A stretch of 64,000 nucleotides of DNA, from NCBI RefSeq assembly GCF_003918875.1, contig NW_025767104.1, positions 372,001-436,000 of the forward strand. Direction: 5' to 3'. Source of the DNA: Haliotis rubra. Its lineage: Eukaryota. Positions 62,041 to 64,000 of the stretch are shown here, piece after piece; within the stretch, counting starts at the first letter, position 1, and each line of letters starts with the position of its first letter. The notes below the pieces were generated by a model, which saw only the letters and a list, made by a program, of their open reading frames with translations, did not search any database and was not told the origin of the DNA. The position numbers and the translations under genes are program-made.

Positions 62041-64000
62041 CAGTGACGACTGCAAGGGCTGGTGTCACCAGGTACTGACCTGAACACCCCCTTATGTCCA
62101 CACATGTGCAGTGAGTGAACTGAATTAATGCTGACAATGACAACAATACATATGTTTATCCTAGTATCCAATTGCTTTCATCTAAGTTCAAGCTTAACCG
62201 ACTTATGTACACTTACATACGTTTAATACATATCCTTAAGTTTGGCCTGTGTGTTTCTGTTTTATAAGAGTTTAATTTTAATTTTCTCACACAATATACA
62301 AATGTGGGACTTTATTCATGGTCTGCTTCTAAATTATGTTGAGGACGCTGTTTTGTTAATAATCCAAAACATATCACCACTCACAAGTGATGTGAAATAT
62401 CAGATATTTTTGACAGTTTTGCTCAATGTTACGTTTCTGAAATTTGTTTTGTTTTGGGTTTTTTGGTTGTTTTTATTAAGTCAAAAATTGCATTTCACGA
62501 GTATTTACAGTATACATTTTCCGGATTCAAACATTTTTTGAAATTTATGGTGCAAGCCTGTATTCTGCTGTTTTCCCCTCTCTTCTTTTTTTTAACCTCG
62601 CGTCACATACACAACATATGTAAATTTATTTTATAAAGATGGGAAAGAAAGGAGAGATAAGGAAAGAGAGATAAGAAAAGACGAATGAGTGCAGAGTGCG
62701 GCCTAGAAAACCTGATATTTCTGATATTTCGATAATCGATCGATATTTAGTTAACGATTATCGCTCTCTATGATCTATATCGATAGCCATCGTTAACCAC
62801 AACAGTAGGCTTGAACTGTCAGTATTGTCCGTAATGGTGATATTGAATACAGAACATATGTTCCCAACTGCTCCATTAACCAAGCGCCTAACTACATCTC
62901 GCTGACCAGTTGACCAGCTGACCAGTGATGCTGTGCGCAGAGCTGTATTTGTTACCACTTGTATTCGTGACCAAGCTGGCGACCCAGCTCCAGGTGAATA
63001 GGTCTTGACCAGCATTATACCGTGAAAAAATGTGCGATACAAACAGCAAAGTCCATAGAATGGCACAATCACAAAGCGAGTGCCATAATTAAGTACAAAA
63101 TATAATTGCCAGCTATATGGCAGCGGTCTGTTAATAATCGAGTCTTGACCAGACAATTCACTGATCAACAGCATCAGCATCGATCTACGCAACTGGGGCA
63201 CGATGACATGTGTCAACCAAGTCAGCGAGCCTAACCACCCTATCCCGTAAGTCGCCTCTAACGAAAAGCATGGGTTACTAAAGATCAATTCTAACCCGGA
63301 TCTGCACAGGTCAACTGAGTGAATGAGTTGGTTTTATTTCAACTGTATTCCATTTATATCACGGTGTGTCAGCTTGTGTGGAAGGACCGCGGGACGCGAT
63401 GCAGGTTACACGGTTGCTCATGTTATTCTGGGACAAGCTGAATACCGAGTCGGGCCCATCTTGAAGGGTCACGTCGTATTTTTATTCTCAACTCCCTGGG
63501 GATCATACAACTCTTGCAGCCATTAGGCAAACCAAGTTAATGTGGCTTTGTACCATCTTTACGAGGTACCCATTCACAGTGGACTGGGACACTTTGTCCA
63601 AGTTTACTGCACTAGCTGTAGAAGTCAAAACAATGATTACACAACAGTCTCATTTCCTGATGACTGGGTCCCGTCCTATTGCGCAACTTAATACAATAAC
63701 CAGTCCTGACCAACTCATTCAACTGGATATATAGATATTAATCAGTATTATTTGATACACCTAATTACTTGTATATTGCAAGACTACGCTCCTTCTAATG
63801 CTTGCAAACACGTCGTGCAGCGTGCTCTGTCGTACAGCGTGCTCAAACAAACGGAAATCTTTCAATCGTGGAAATCTCAAAACGAGGCTCGGCCGCTAGA
63901 AATGTTTGGCGGTCTTGTACGGCCTTGATAGTATATCAATCATTATACGTTAATACATAAATAAGGGCAAAGAACACATAACAGGTTATAACCAGTGAGC

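Overview
Repeat-rich, intron-containing animal DNA. The SINE families suggest a mollusc, most likely a gastropod such as abalone; this is an inference. The core of the window is a tandem cluster of four six-exon cytosolic-type sulfotransferase (Sulfotransfer_1/SULT) genes. A (11806-16814), B (21042-27972) and C (30926-35980) lie on the minus strand, D (39217-49531) is divergently oriented on the plus strand, and there is a truncated fifth fragment (~8850-9172). Coding exon lengths are 33/199/321/104/163/119-125 nt in all four, except B, whose first exon is 34 nt and frameshifted. A, B and C carry Trp in place of the conserved PAPS-binding RKG arginine. B and C differ almost only by amino-acid-changing substitutions in three exons. 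Downstream is a two-coding-exon GT92 (DUF23/GALT-1-like) glycosyltransferase (56751-59410, ~513 aa). The rest is mobile DNA: a decayed Ty3/Gypsy element with an intact -1 frameshift signal, RTE-X-like and L2/CR1-like LINEs, Tc1/mariner elements, MITEs, two abundant SINE families (one with a pseudoknot-forming 5' end), candidate Penelope-type minimal hammerhead motifs, local duplications and two assembly gaps. All coordinates and comparisons were made by eye.
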